The notes under the pieces are model-generated. The model was not told the DNA's origin, searched no databases, and saw only the letters and a program-made list of their open reading frames with translations. The position numbers were made by a program, and so were the translations under genes. This document shows, one piece after another, positions 1 through 7,005 of a stretch of 24,000 nt of DNA; position 1 is the first letter of the stretch; each line of letters starts with the position of its first letter. Source of the stretch: Leucobacter chromiireducens subsp. chromiireducens (GTDB taxonomy: Bacteria > Actinomycetota > Actinomycetes > Actinomycetales > Microbacteriaceae); contig NZ_QYAD01000001.1 of NCBI RefSeq assembly GCF_016758255.1, positions 1,127,171 through 1,151,170 of the forward strand. The letters run 5' to 3'.

Positions 1-404
1 CGAAGGCAACGAGCCTCGCGGACCTCAAGGACTCGGTGATCGGCGTCGCCTCGGGTACCACGTCGCTCCTCGTTGCTGAAGAGATCATCGCCCCCACCCA
101 GAAGCTGCAGGTCTTCAACAACGTGGATGACACGGTTGCTGCGCTCAAGAACGGCACCATCGATGCCCTCGTCACTGACCTGCCGGGCGCCTTCTATGTG
201 CGCGACGCGCAGCTCGACGACGGTGTGATCGTCGGACAGCTCGACTCCACCGAGGGCGGCGACGAGTTCGCGATCGTGCTGCCGAAGGACTCGAAGCTCA
301 CCGCCGACGTGACGAAGGCCGTTGACACGCTCCGCGAGAACGGCACGCTCGACGAACTCATCGCGAAGTGGGTTGCCGACCAGGGCGCCCCGGTTCTGAA
401 GTAA
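1..404 (+). CDS. Polar amino-acid ABC transporter substrate-binding protein, C-terminal part (5' end lies outside the window)
   Basis: The frame starting at base 3 is open from the window edge (KATSLADLKDSVIGVASGTTS...) to TAA 402-404, so the track's GTG at 36 is internal. The pattern GVASGTTS / ALKNGTIDALVTDLPGA / FAIVLPKDS / ELIAKW is typical of family-3 solute-binding proteins. The cognate permease and ATPase genes follow directly. Confidence 0.8.
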   Translation, partial: KATSLADLKDSVIGVASGTTSLLVAEEIIAPTQKLQVFNNVDDTVAALKNGTIDALVTDLPGAFYVRDAQLDDGVIVGQLDSTEGGDEFAIVLPKDSKLTADVTKAVDTLRENGTLDELIAKWVADQGAPVLK

Positions 405-410
405 CCCCGC

Positions 411-1310
411 GTGAGTCACCCCACCCCAGCTTCGCAGGCCGCCGGCGTCGGATCCACCGACATCGGCGGCTTCGCCGTGAGCGCGATTGAGCTGGAACGC
501 CGCGCGTTCCGCCGCTCGCGCAAGCAGCGCTCCATCCTGGTGAGCCTCGCAAGCACGCTCGTGTTCGCCGGCGTCATCGCGATCGTCATCGTCAACAGCC
601 CCGGCTGGGACCGCGTACGCGAGACCTTCTTCGATCCCGCCGTCGCGATCGCCTCGCTGCCGCGCGTGCTCGAAGGGCTCTGGCTCAACATTCAGGTGCT
701 CGTCGTCGCGGTGATCGGTGTGGCGATCTTCGGCACGCTGCTCGCCATCGCGCGCACGCTGAAGGGCGCGGTGTTTACACCCCTCCGGCTGTTTGCGGCT
801 GCGTACACCGACCTCTTCCGAGGCATTCCCGTACTGCTGGTGCTCTACCTCGTCGGCTTCGGGATCCCGGGCCTCGGGCTCACCGGGCGCATGCCGGCGC
901 AGTTCTGGGGCGCCATCGCGCTGATCCTCTGCTATTCCGCGTACGTTGCGGAGGTGCTGCGCGCCGGCATCGACGCGGTGCACCCGTCGCAGCGGCTCGC
1001 GGCTCGCTCGCTGGGGCTCAGCCACAGCAAAACCCTGCGCCTCGTGGTGATGCCGCAGGCCGTGCGCAAGGTGACGCCCGCGCTCATGAACGACTTCGTC
1101 TCAATGCAGAAGGACGTCGGTCTCATTTCGGTGCTCGGCGCCGTCGATGCGATTCGCGCCGCGCAGATCGAGGTTGCGACGGCTTACAACTTCACCCCCT
1201 ACGTCGTCGCTGGCATCCTGTTCGTGCTCATGTCGTGGCCGTTCGTGCGGCTCACCGATTGGGTCACCGCCCGCGCTCAGAAGCGCGAGCAGATCGGAGG
1301 TGCGGTGTGA
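411..1310 (+). CDS. Amino-acid ABC transporter permease (His/Glu/Gln/Arg/opine-type)
   Basis: 299-aa ORF with multiple hydrophobic helices and the EAA-loop region ARSLGLSHSKTLRLVVMPQAVRKVTPALMNDF. It starts 6 nt after the binding-protein stop. The exact start (GTG 411) is less certain than the gene itself. Confidence 0.85.
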   Translation: MSHPTPASQAAGVGSTDIGGFAVSAIELERRAFRRSRKQRSILVSLASTLVFAGVIAIVIVNSPGWDRVRETFFDPAVAIASLPRVLEGLWLNIQVLVVAVIGVAIFGTLLAIARTLKGAVFTPLRLFAAAYTDLFRGIPVLLVLYLVGFGIPGLGLTGRMPAQFWGAIALILCYSAYVAEVLRAGIDAVHPSQRLAARSLGLSHSKTLRLVVMPQAVRKVTPALMNDFVSMQKDVGLISVLGAVDAIRAAQIEVATAYNFTPYVVAGILFVLMSWPFVRLTDWVTARAQKREQIGGAV

Positions 1311-2098
1311 CCGCGCAAGACCCCGGGCCTGCCCCGGCGGACACCACCGCACCCACACCCGTGCTTGAGGTGCGCGGCGTGCACAAGCGTTTCGGGGACC
1401 ACCCCGTGCTGCGCGGGATCGACCTCACCGTCGCCCAGCATGAGGTCGTGGTGCTGATTGGCGCCTCCGGCTCGGGGAAGTCGACGCTTCTGAAGACCGT
1501 GAACCTGCTCGAGCAGATCGACGATGGGCAGATCCTCTTGAGCGGCGAGGACATCACCGACCCGCGTGCACACACCGACGCCGTGCGCGCACGCATCGGT
1601 GTCGTGTTCCAGCACTACAACCTGTTTCCGCACATGAACGTGCTCGACAACGTGACGCTCGCCGCGCGCAAGGTGTTTGGCACCCCACGCGCAGACGCCG
1701 AGGCGACGGGCCGCGCGCTCCTCGCGCGAATCGGCCTGGCCGACAAGGCGGACGAGTACCCTGATCGGCTCTCGGGTGGCCAGCAGCAGCGTGTGGCGAT
1801 CGCCCGCGCGGTTGCCACCGATCCCGAGCTGCTGCTCCTCGATGAGATCACGAGCGCGCTCGATCCGCAGCTCGTCGGCGAAGTGCTCGATCTCGTGCGC
1901 GAGCTGAAGGCGAGCGGCTCGACGATCGTGATGGCCACGCACGAGATGTCGTTTGCGCGTCGCGTCGCCGACCGAGTCGTGTACCTGAAGGACGGCGTGA
2001 TCATCGAGTCGGGCCCGCCCGAGCAGATCTTCGAAGCGCCGCAGCGCGCGGAGACCCGCGAGTTCCTCGCGCGACTTCGCGACCCCTTCGACGCATAA
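1307..2098 (+). CDS. Amino-acid ABC transporter ATP-binding protein
   Basis: Walker A GASGSGKST, signature LSGGQQQRVAIARA, Walker B LLLLDEITSALD, H-loop ATHEM. I place the start at GTG 1307, which overlaps the permease stop (GTGA, 1307-1310). The track start at 1235 would overlap the permease by 76 nt. Confidence 0.9.
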   Translation: MTAQDPGPAPADTTAPTPVLEVRGVHKRFGDHPVLRGIDLTVAQHEVVVLIGASGSGKSTLLKTVNLLEQIDDGQILLSGEDITDPRAHTDAVRARIGVVFQHYNLFPHMNVLDNVTLAARKVFGTPRADAEATGRALLARIGLADKADEYPDRLSGGQQQRVAIARAVATDPELLLLDEITSALDPQLVGEVLDLVRELKASGSTIVMATHEMSFARRVADRVVYLKDGVIIESGPPEQIFEAPQRAETREFLARLRDPFDA

Positions 2099-2136
2099 TC
2101 TTCCAGGTCACAGCCCAACACCGGCCAATTTGTGGG

Positions 2137-2142
2137 TAGACT
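2137..2142 (+). promoter_or_regulatory. -10-like hexamer TAGACT upstream of the MFS gene
   Basis: TANNNT-type hexamer in the least GC-rich part of the 125-bp gap after the ABC operon. An AAGGAG Shine-Dalgarno sits at 2209-2214, 9 nt before GTG 2224. This is motif inspection only. Confidence 0.3.
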
Positions 2143-2223
2143 AATACGTCTGCCTCCGAGGAATCGGCCGAACACTCCTCCCGGGGCGGGTCCGTCTTCA
2201 CGCCCTCCAAGGAGCTTTCTCTC

Positions 2224-3690
2224 GTGACCCCCGACACCGATTCCATTCGCGTGCCGCAGCAGCCAGCTGACGCCATCGACCCCGCAGGGATGCGCGTCAT
2301 CTGGCTGCTGCTCGTCGCCGCGTTTGTGGCGATCCTGAACGAAACGACGATGGCGATCGCCATCCCCGCGCTGAACGCGAGCCTCGGGATCCCGCCCGAG
2401 CTGGGCCAGTGGCTCACAAGCGCCTTCATGCTGACAATGGCCGTGGTGATTCCGACCACCGGCTTCCTGCTGCAGCGCTTCACCACCCGTCAGGTGTTCC
2501 TCGCGGCCATCAGCACCTTCATCGTGGGCACGGCGATCTGTCTGATCGCGCCAGGCTTCTCGACGCTGCTTGCAGGCCGCGTGGTGCAGGCCGCGGGTAC
2601 TGGCATCATGATGCCGCTGCTCATGACGACCGTGATGAATGTCGTGCCTGCGCACTCGCGCGGCCGCATGATGGGACGTGTTGGGCTCGTGATCAGCCTC
2701 GCCCCGGCGCTCGGCCCCACCCTCTCCGGAGTGGTGCTCGACTCGCTCGGCTGGCGGTGGCTGTTCGGCATCATCCTCCCCATCGCGCTCGTCGCGCTCG
2801 CGCTCGGCGCGAAGTGGATGACCAACCTGGGTGAGACGACGAATGCGCCGATCGATGTGCTGTCGATCGTGCTCTCGGCATTCGCATTCGGTGGCATCGT
2901 GTTCGGGCTGAGCCAGCTGGGCGGCCACGGCGCGTCCGGCGTGCTGCCGCCGTGGGCGGTCATCGTGGGCGGAGCCGTATTCCTCGGCCTGTTTGTGTGG
3001 CGCCAGCTCGCACTGCAGAAGAAGGACGATGCCCTGCTCGATCTGCGCGTGTTCACCTCGCGCAACTTTGTTGTCGCGGTGATCATCATGGCGGTGATCT
3101 CGCTCGCGATGTTCGGTACGTTCTCGCTGCTGCCGCTGTACTTGCAGAACGTCGCGGGGCTCGACCCGACGGCCGCGGGCCTTGTGCTGCTCCCGGGCTC
3201 CGTGATCATGGGGCTGCTCGGGCCCGTGATGGGGCGGATCTACGATGCGCGCGGTCCGCGGACGCTGCTTGTCCCGGGCACGATCCTCATCGCCGCGGCG
3301 ATGTTCGTGTACTCGACCGTGGGGACGCACACTCCCATGTGGTTCCTCATGATCGTGCAGATCGCGATGTCGGTCGGCCTCGCAAGCTCGTTCACGCCGC
3401 TCTTCTCAGCGTCGCTCGGTTCGCTCGACCGCTCGCTCTACTCGCACGGTTCAGCCGCCCTCAACACGCTGCAGCAGGTCGCCGGAGCCGCCGGCACCGC
3501 GGTGCTCATCTCGATCTACTCGGGCTTCCTGCACGCTGGCGAGGCCGAGGGGCTGCCCACCGCCGACGCGGGGGCACCCGGTGCGAACGCGGCCTTCTTC
3601 ACGGCGGCCTGCATCGCGCTCATCCCAGTGGTGCTCGCGTTCTTCATCTCGAAGCCGGAAGAAGCGGAGGGTGCGCCCGCCGCGCACTAG
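2224..3690 (+). CDS. MFS transporter, DHA2 (EmrB/QacA-like, 14-TMS type) drug/proton antiporter family
   Basis: 488 aa, hydrophobic throughout. N-terminal LNETTMAIAIPAL and GRVVQAAGTGIMMP motifs are characteristic of DHA2 efflux pumps. The length fits the 14-TMS class. GTG start with a good SD. Confidence 0.85.
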   Translation: MTPDTDSIRVPQQPADAIDPAGMRVIWLLLVAAFVAILNETTMAIAIPALNASLGIPPELGQWLTSAFMLTMAVVIPTTGFLLQRFTTRQVFLAAISTFIVGTAICLIAPGFSTLLAGRVVQAAGTGIMMPLLMTTVMNVVPAHSRGRMMGRVGLVISLAPALGPTLSGVVLDSLGWRWLFGIILPIALVALALGAKWMTNLGETTNAPIDVLSIVLSAFAFGGIVFGLSQLGGHGASGVLPPWAVIVGGAVFLGLFVWRQLALQKKDDALLDLRVFTSRNFVVAVIIMAVISLAMFGTFSLLPLYLQNVAGLDPTAAGLVLLPGSVIMGLLGPVMGRIYDARGPRTLLVPGTILIAAAMFVYSTVGTHTPMWFLMIVQIAMSVGLASSFTPLFSASLGSLDRSLYSHGSAALNTLQQVAGAAGTAVLISIYSGFLHAGEAEGLPTADAGAPGANAAFFTAACIALIPVVLAFFISKPEEAEGAPAAH

Positions 3691-3726
3691 TGTCCTGAGG
3701 CCGGGCGCCGTGGCAGACCTGGGGGC

Positions 3727-3952
3727 ATGACCCGCATCTCTGGCCGCGCGCTCGGCACCTGGAGCCTCCGCATCGACGCCGCGTACTGCTTCGTTCTCGG
3801 GCTGTTTGTCGCGTTCGCCGCGGTGACGGCGGCGAGCTCGCTCATTGTGCTCGCGATTGTCGCGATCGCGCTCGATGTCGCGCTCTTCGCGGCGAGCCAG
3901 GCACTCGCGCTCCGCGCGCTACGCACCCCCCGCGGGGCTCTCCGCAGCGTAG
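3727..3952 (+). CDS. Candidate small two-helix membrane protein. The frame has no nearby stop (possible frameshift, pseudogene or assembly error at a C6 run)
   Basis: ATG 3727 is the first start after in-frame TAG 3688. The first ~70 codons are G/C-ending and encode MTRISGRALGTWSLRIDAAYCFVLGLFVAFAAVTAASSLIVLAIVAIALDVALFAASQALALRALRTP. As written, the frame then runs antisense through the LysR gene to 5127. Dropping one C from the run 3926-3931 gives a TAG stop at 3950-3952. See findings. Confidence 0.3.
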
Positions 3953-3960
3953 GCGGCGGA

Positions 3961-4875
3961 TCAGCCGAGTGCGCTGATCGAGCGACGCACCGCCTCTGCG
4001 AGCTGGCGCACCGCTGCGGAGGGGCCGCTTGGCCCCGCCGGTGCCGCAAGCAGCAGCTCGCGCGCGAAACGCGGATCCTCGATCGGGCGGAGCACCACGC
4101 CCTCCGGCGGTTGGTTGCTCACCAAGCTGGGGACGAGCGCCACCGCCATCCCCGCGGCGATGAGGCCAAGCACTACCGAGTAGTCATCCGTGCGGATGGC
4201 GACATCGATCTTGTGCCCCTCAGCGAGGAACACCTCACGCACGAGATCATCAAGCGTGTCGCCAGGCGTGGACCCCATCACCCAGCTGTCCTCGGCCAGG
4301 GTGAGCAGCGTCGCGCGGTCGAACACCGCGTGGTGCGCGGCGGGGTGAGCCGCGGGAAGCGCAAGCAACATCGGGTCAGTGAACAGGTGCGTCGTGTGCA
4401 CCTCAGCGCGGAAGGGCAGCTGGTAGCCACCCGCCGCGTACACAAGCGCGGCGTCGAGGGTGTGCTGGTTGATACGCGTGACGAGCGGCGCAAGCTCCTC
4501 GAGGTGCGCGTCGAGCTCGATCCCAAGCTCGCTGACGCGGCTGACAATTCCCGGGAGGAGGCGGGCTGCGGCCGTGGGGAAGGTGCCAAAGCGGAGCCGG
4601 ATCCGGCCGAGCTGTGCGAGATCGCGCACATCCGTGAGCGCGCGATCGGTGAGCCCGAGAATCTCCTCGCCCCGCTCAAGCATCAGTGTTCCGGCGGTGG
4701 TGAGCTTCGAACCGCGCGTACTGCGTGTGGTGAGGTCTGCGCCGACCAGGCGGTCGAGATTGCGGAGGTGATAGTCGACGGTGGGTTGGCTCCACCCCAG
4801 TCGGGTCGCGGCGCGGGCAACGGAACCCTCTGCGGCGACGGCGCTGAGCGCCTGCAGCTGGCGGAGGTCGATCAT
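3961..4875 (-). CDS. LysR-family transcriptional regulator
   Basis: N-terminal wHTH MIDLRQLQALSAVAAEGSVARAATRLGWSQPTVDYHLRNLDRLVG, followed by a LysR substrate-binding-type domain. 304 aa. Divergent from the decarboxylase-fold gene. Confidence 0.9.
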   Translation of the reverse strand: MIDLRQLQALSAVAAEGSVARAATRLGWSQPTVDYHLRNLDRLVGADLTTRSTRGSKLTTAGTLMLERGEEILGLTDRALTDVRDLAQLGRIRLRFGTFPTAAARLLPGIVSRVSELGIELDAHLEELAPLVTRINQHTLDAALVYAAGGYQLPFRAEVHTTHLFTDPMLLALPAAHPAAHHAVFDRATLLTLAEDSWVMGSTPGDTLDDLVREVFLAEGHKIDVAIRTDDYSVVLGLIAAGMAVALVPSLVSNQPPEGVVLRPIEDPRFARELLLAAPAGPSGPSAAVRQLAEAVRRSISALG

Positions 4876-4999
4876 CGAGTATCCCCAATCCTTCTGGACC
4901 GCACCCGGGTCCCTTCCCGTGCGCGTTCAAGACAGTATATGGGGCCCGGGAGGGGTTTCCGGGGTTCTCGCCGCGGCTGCGAACGGGCATTCTGGCACC

Positions 5000-6577
5000 A
5001 TGCTGCACCACGACTCGAACACCACTGCCCCCGTCCTCCAGGATGGCGCGGCCGTGCCCACACAAACCTCCGCCCCCGCAACCGCTCCCCGCATTGGCGC
5101 GGGCCACGAACGCGCGCCCTACGCTGAGGCGCTGCAGCGCTTCGCTGACTCGAGCCCGCTCTCCTTCATGGTGCCCGGCCACGGCAACGACCCCGAGGCG
5201 GGTGCGCAGCACCTCGCAGAGCTCTACGGGCCGCGCGTCCCGCAGCTCGACGTGCCCCTCATGCTCTCCGGGATCGACCTCGGAGATGACTCGCCGCTCG
5301 TCGAAGCGCAGCGCCTCGCCGCCGATGCGTGGGGTGCCAAGCGCACCTGGTTCCTCACGAACGGTGCGTCACAGGCCAACCGCACCGCGGCGATCGCGGT
5401 CCGCGGGCTGGGGGAGCGGATCCTCATTCAGCGAAGCATGCACTCGAGCCTCACGGACGGCGTGCTCCTGTCCGGGCTCATCCCGTCGTTCGTATCGCCC
5501 AATGTAGACGAGCGCCACGGGATTGCACACGGGCTCACGCCGCAGATGCTTGACGACGCGCTGCGTCGTGAGGCCGAAGCGGGCCGCCCCGTTTCGAGCG
5601 TCCTCGTAGTGTCGCCGAGCTACTTCGGCTCGACGGCAGACGTTGCTGGGCTCGCAGAGGTTGCTCACGCGCACGACGCGGCGATCATCGTCGACGGCGC
5701 CTGGGGCGCCCACTTCGGCTTCCATCCGGAGCTGCCGGAGTCGCCCGCGCGGCTTGGCGCCGACCTCGTGATCTCGAGCACGCACAAGCTTGCGGGCTCG
5801 CTCACGCAGTCGGCGATGCTGCACCTGGGGCACGGGCCCTACGCCGAGCGGCTGGAGCCGCTCGTTGCACGCGCGTTCTCGATGACCGCGTCAACTTCGA
5901 TGAGCGGTATCCTCATGTCCTCGCTCGACACCGCGCGCCGCGCGCTCGTGCTCGGGGAAGCGCGCATTGGCGCGACGGTCGCCGCCGCGAAGGAGATCCG
6001 TGAGCGGCTGCGGGCCGACGAGCGCTTCGCTGTGATCAGCGATGGCTTCGACGCCTACGCCGACATCACTGAGACCGACCTGTTGCGCGTGCCGATCGAT
6101 GTGTCCCGCCTCGGGCAGAGCGGGCACTGGGTCCGTGGCCGCATGACTGATGAGCACGGCGTCTACCTGGAGATGTCCACCGCGACGAGCGTGGTGGCGG
6201 TGCTCGGGGCGCTGCGCACGATCGATGTTGAGCGCTTCATGACGGCCCTGTCGGCTGTGGCCGACGAGGCAGCCACGTTGCCCGCTGCGGACGCGATTGC
6301 GTTCCCCTCGCTTCCTGAGGCTGGCCCGCTGCGCGTGCGTCCGCGGGACGCATACTTCTCGGAGAGCGAGGTCGTTCCGGCGGCCGACGCGATCGGACGC
6401 ATCTCGGCGGATACGCTCGCGGCCTACCCGCCCGGCATCCCGAACCTGCTGCCCGGTGAGGAGATAACCGCGGACACGGTGGCGTTCCTGCAGGCGGTTG
6501 CCGCCTCACCGACCGGCTACGTGCGTGGTGCGGTCGACTCTGCGGTTGCGGGCTTCCGCGTGCTGCGCGGGGAGTAA
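5000..6577 (+). CDS. Orn/Lys/Arg decarboxylase family (fold-type I PLP) enzyme, SpeA/YaaO-like
   Basis: SFMVPGHG near the N-terminus, PLP-lysine motif SSTHKLAGSLTQSAML, C-terminal domain motif AYPPGIPNLLPGEEIT. The track start at 4781 overlaps the LysR gene, so I use ATG 5000. There is no clear SD, so the start is uncertain by tens of codons. Confidence 0.8.
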   Translation: MLHHDSNTTAPVLQDGAAVPTQTSAPATAPRIGAGHERAPYAEALQRFADSSPLSFMVPGHGNDPEAGAQHLAELYGPRVPQLDVPLMLSGIDLGDDSPLVEAQRLAADAWGAKRTWFLTNGASQANRTAAIAVRGLGERILIQRSMHSSLTDGVLLSGLIPSFVSPNVDERHGIAHGLTPQMLDDALRREAEAGRPVSSVLVVSPSYFGSTADVAGLAEVAHAHDAAIIVDGAWGAHFGFHPELPESPARLGADLVISSTHKLAGSLTQSAMLHLGHGPYAERLEPLVARAFSMTASTSMSGILMSSLDTARRALVLGEARIGATVAAAKEIRERLRADERFAVISDGFDAYADITETDLLRVPIDVSRLGQSGHWVRGRMTDEHGVYLEMSTATSVVAVLGALRTIDVERFMTALSAVADEAATLPAADAIAFPSLPEAGPLRVRPRDAYFSESEVVPAADAIGRISADTLAAYPPGIPNLLPGEEITADTVAFLQAVAASPTGYVRGAVDSAVAGFRVLRGE

Positions 6578-6612
6578 CTTGTCGTTCTGGCGCGCACTGC
6601 GCACCAGAACGC

Positions 6613-6648
6613 AAACGGGGCGGGATCCAAGTGGATCCCGCCCCGTTT
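6613..6648. terminator. Bidirectional intrinsic-terminator-like hairpin between convergent genes
   Basis: Perfect 16-bp stem AAACGGGGCGGGATCC / GGATCCCGCCCCGTTT with a 4-nt loop (AAGT). The A/T triplets at the stem base give a U-rich 3' edge in both orientations. It is followed by GTTGTTGTG on the + strand. Confidence 0.75.
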
Positions 6649-6665
6649 GTTGTTGTGAGAGAAGC

Positions 6666-6890
6666 TTACTTCTTCTCGAAGAGGTTGCCGATAAGCGTCG
6701 AGCCGATGAGCACGACCGCGAGCAGCACCACGCCAACGATCGAGATCGCAACGACGTCGACGGGCTGGCCGGCCGACGAGAACATCGAGTCGGTGGTGTC
6801 GGCTGCGCCGGACGCGAACGCCGGGGCTGCGACGAACACCGAAGCGAGCGCTGCGGTCACGGCGGTAGCGATGCGGGTGCGGATCTTCAC
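6666..6890 (-). CDS. Small (74 aa) hypothetical protein: Sec-type signal peptide plus C-terminal transmembrane anchor
   Basis: GTG start at 6890 with GAGGAG 6 nt upstream. G/C-ending codons throughout. MKIRTRIATAVTAALASVFVAAPAFA|SG looks like a signal peptide with an AxA site. The C-terminal VDVVAISIVGVVLLAVVLIGSTLIGNLF-EKK is a TM helix with a basic tail. TAA stop, with a hairpin 17 nt downstream. Confidence 0.65.
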   Translation of the reverse strand: MKIRTRIATAVTAALASVFVAAPAFASGAADTTDSMFSSAGQPVDVVAISIVGVVLLAVVLIGSTLIGNLFEKK

Positions 6891-7005
6891 GTGTTACTCC
6901 TCGCGGGTGGTCGGTGGGCGCAGAACGCCAATACTGTCATCCTACCCTGCTTTCGGGGACGAGCAATCTGCCCCGCGGCGTGCCAGGGGCGCCTAGGCTG
7001 GAGAC

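Noticed and set aside
2099-2223. Possible riboswitch or leader upstream of the MFS gene
   Set aside because: I could not find a conserved riboswitch core or a convincing terminator/antiterminator alternative. Only a -10-like hexamer and an SD are visible.
1615-3330. 571-aa minus-strand ORF spanning the ABC ATPase and MFS genes
   Set aside because: It lies antisense to two well-supported genes. The translation is Arg/His/Asp/Glu-rich low complexity (…HEHRRGDEDRARDKQRPR…) with no recognisable motif. This is a typical stop-poor shadow frame in GC-rich DNA.
4896-4955. CCCGGG-containing partial dyads as a defined LysR box
   Set aside because: The dyads are short (5 bp) and imperfect. I found no clean T-N11-A palindrome, and CCCGGG is common in this GC-rich sequence. 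They are mentioned only as candidates in the LysR finding.
4781-4999. N-terminal extension of the decarboxylase ORF (track start 4781)
   Set aside because: It would overlap the LysR start region by 95 nt and read through the shared promoter region. The conserved fold begins well downstream.
3727-5127. The 466-aa ORF taken at face value as one protein
   Set aside because: Beyond about codon 75 it is exactly antisense to the LysR gene and becomes Arg/Glu/His-rich nonsense. Only the N-terminal membrane-like part is retained, as a low-confidence candidate.
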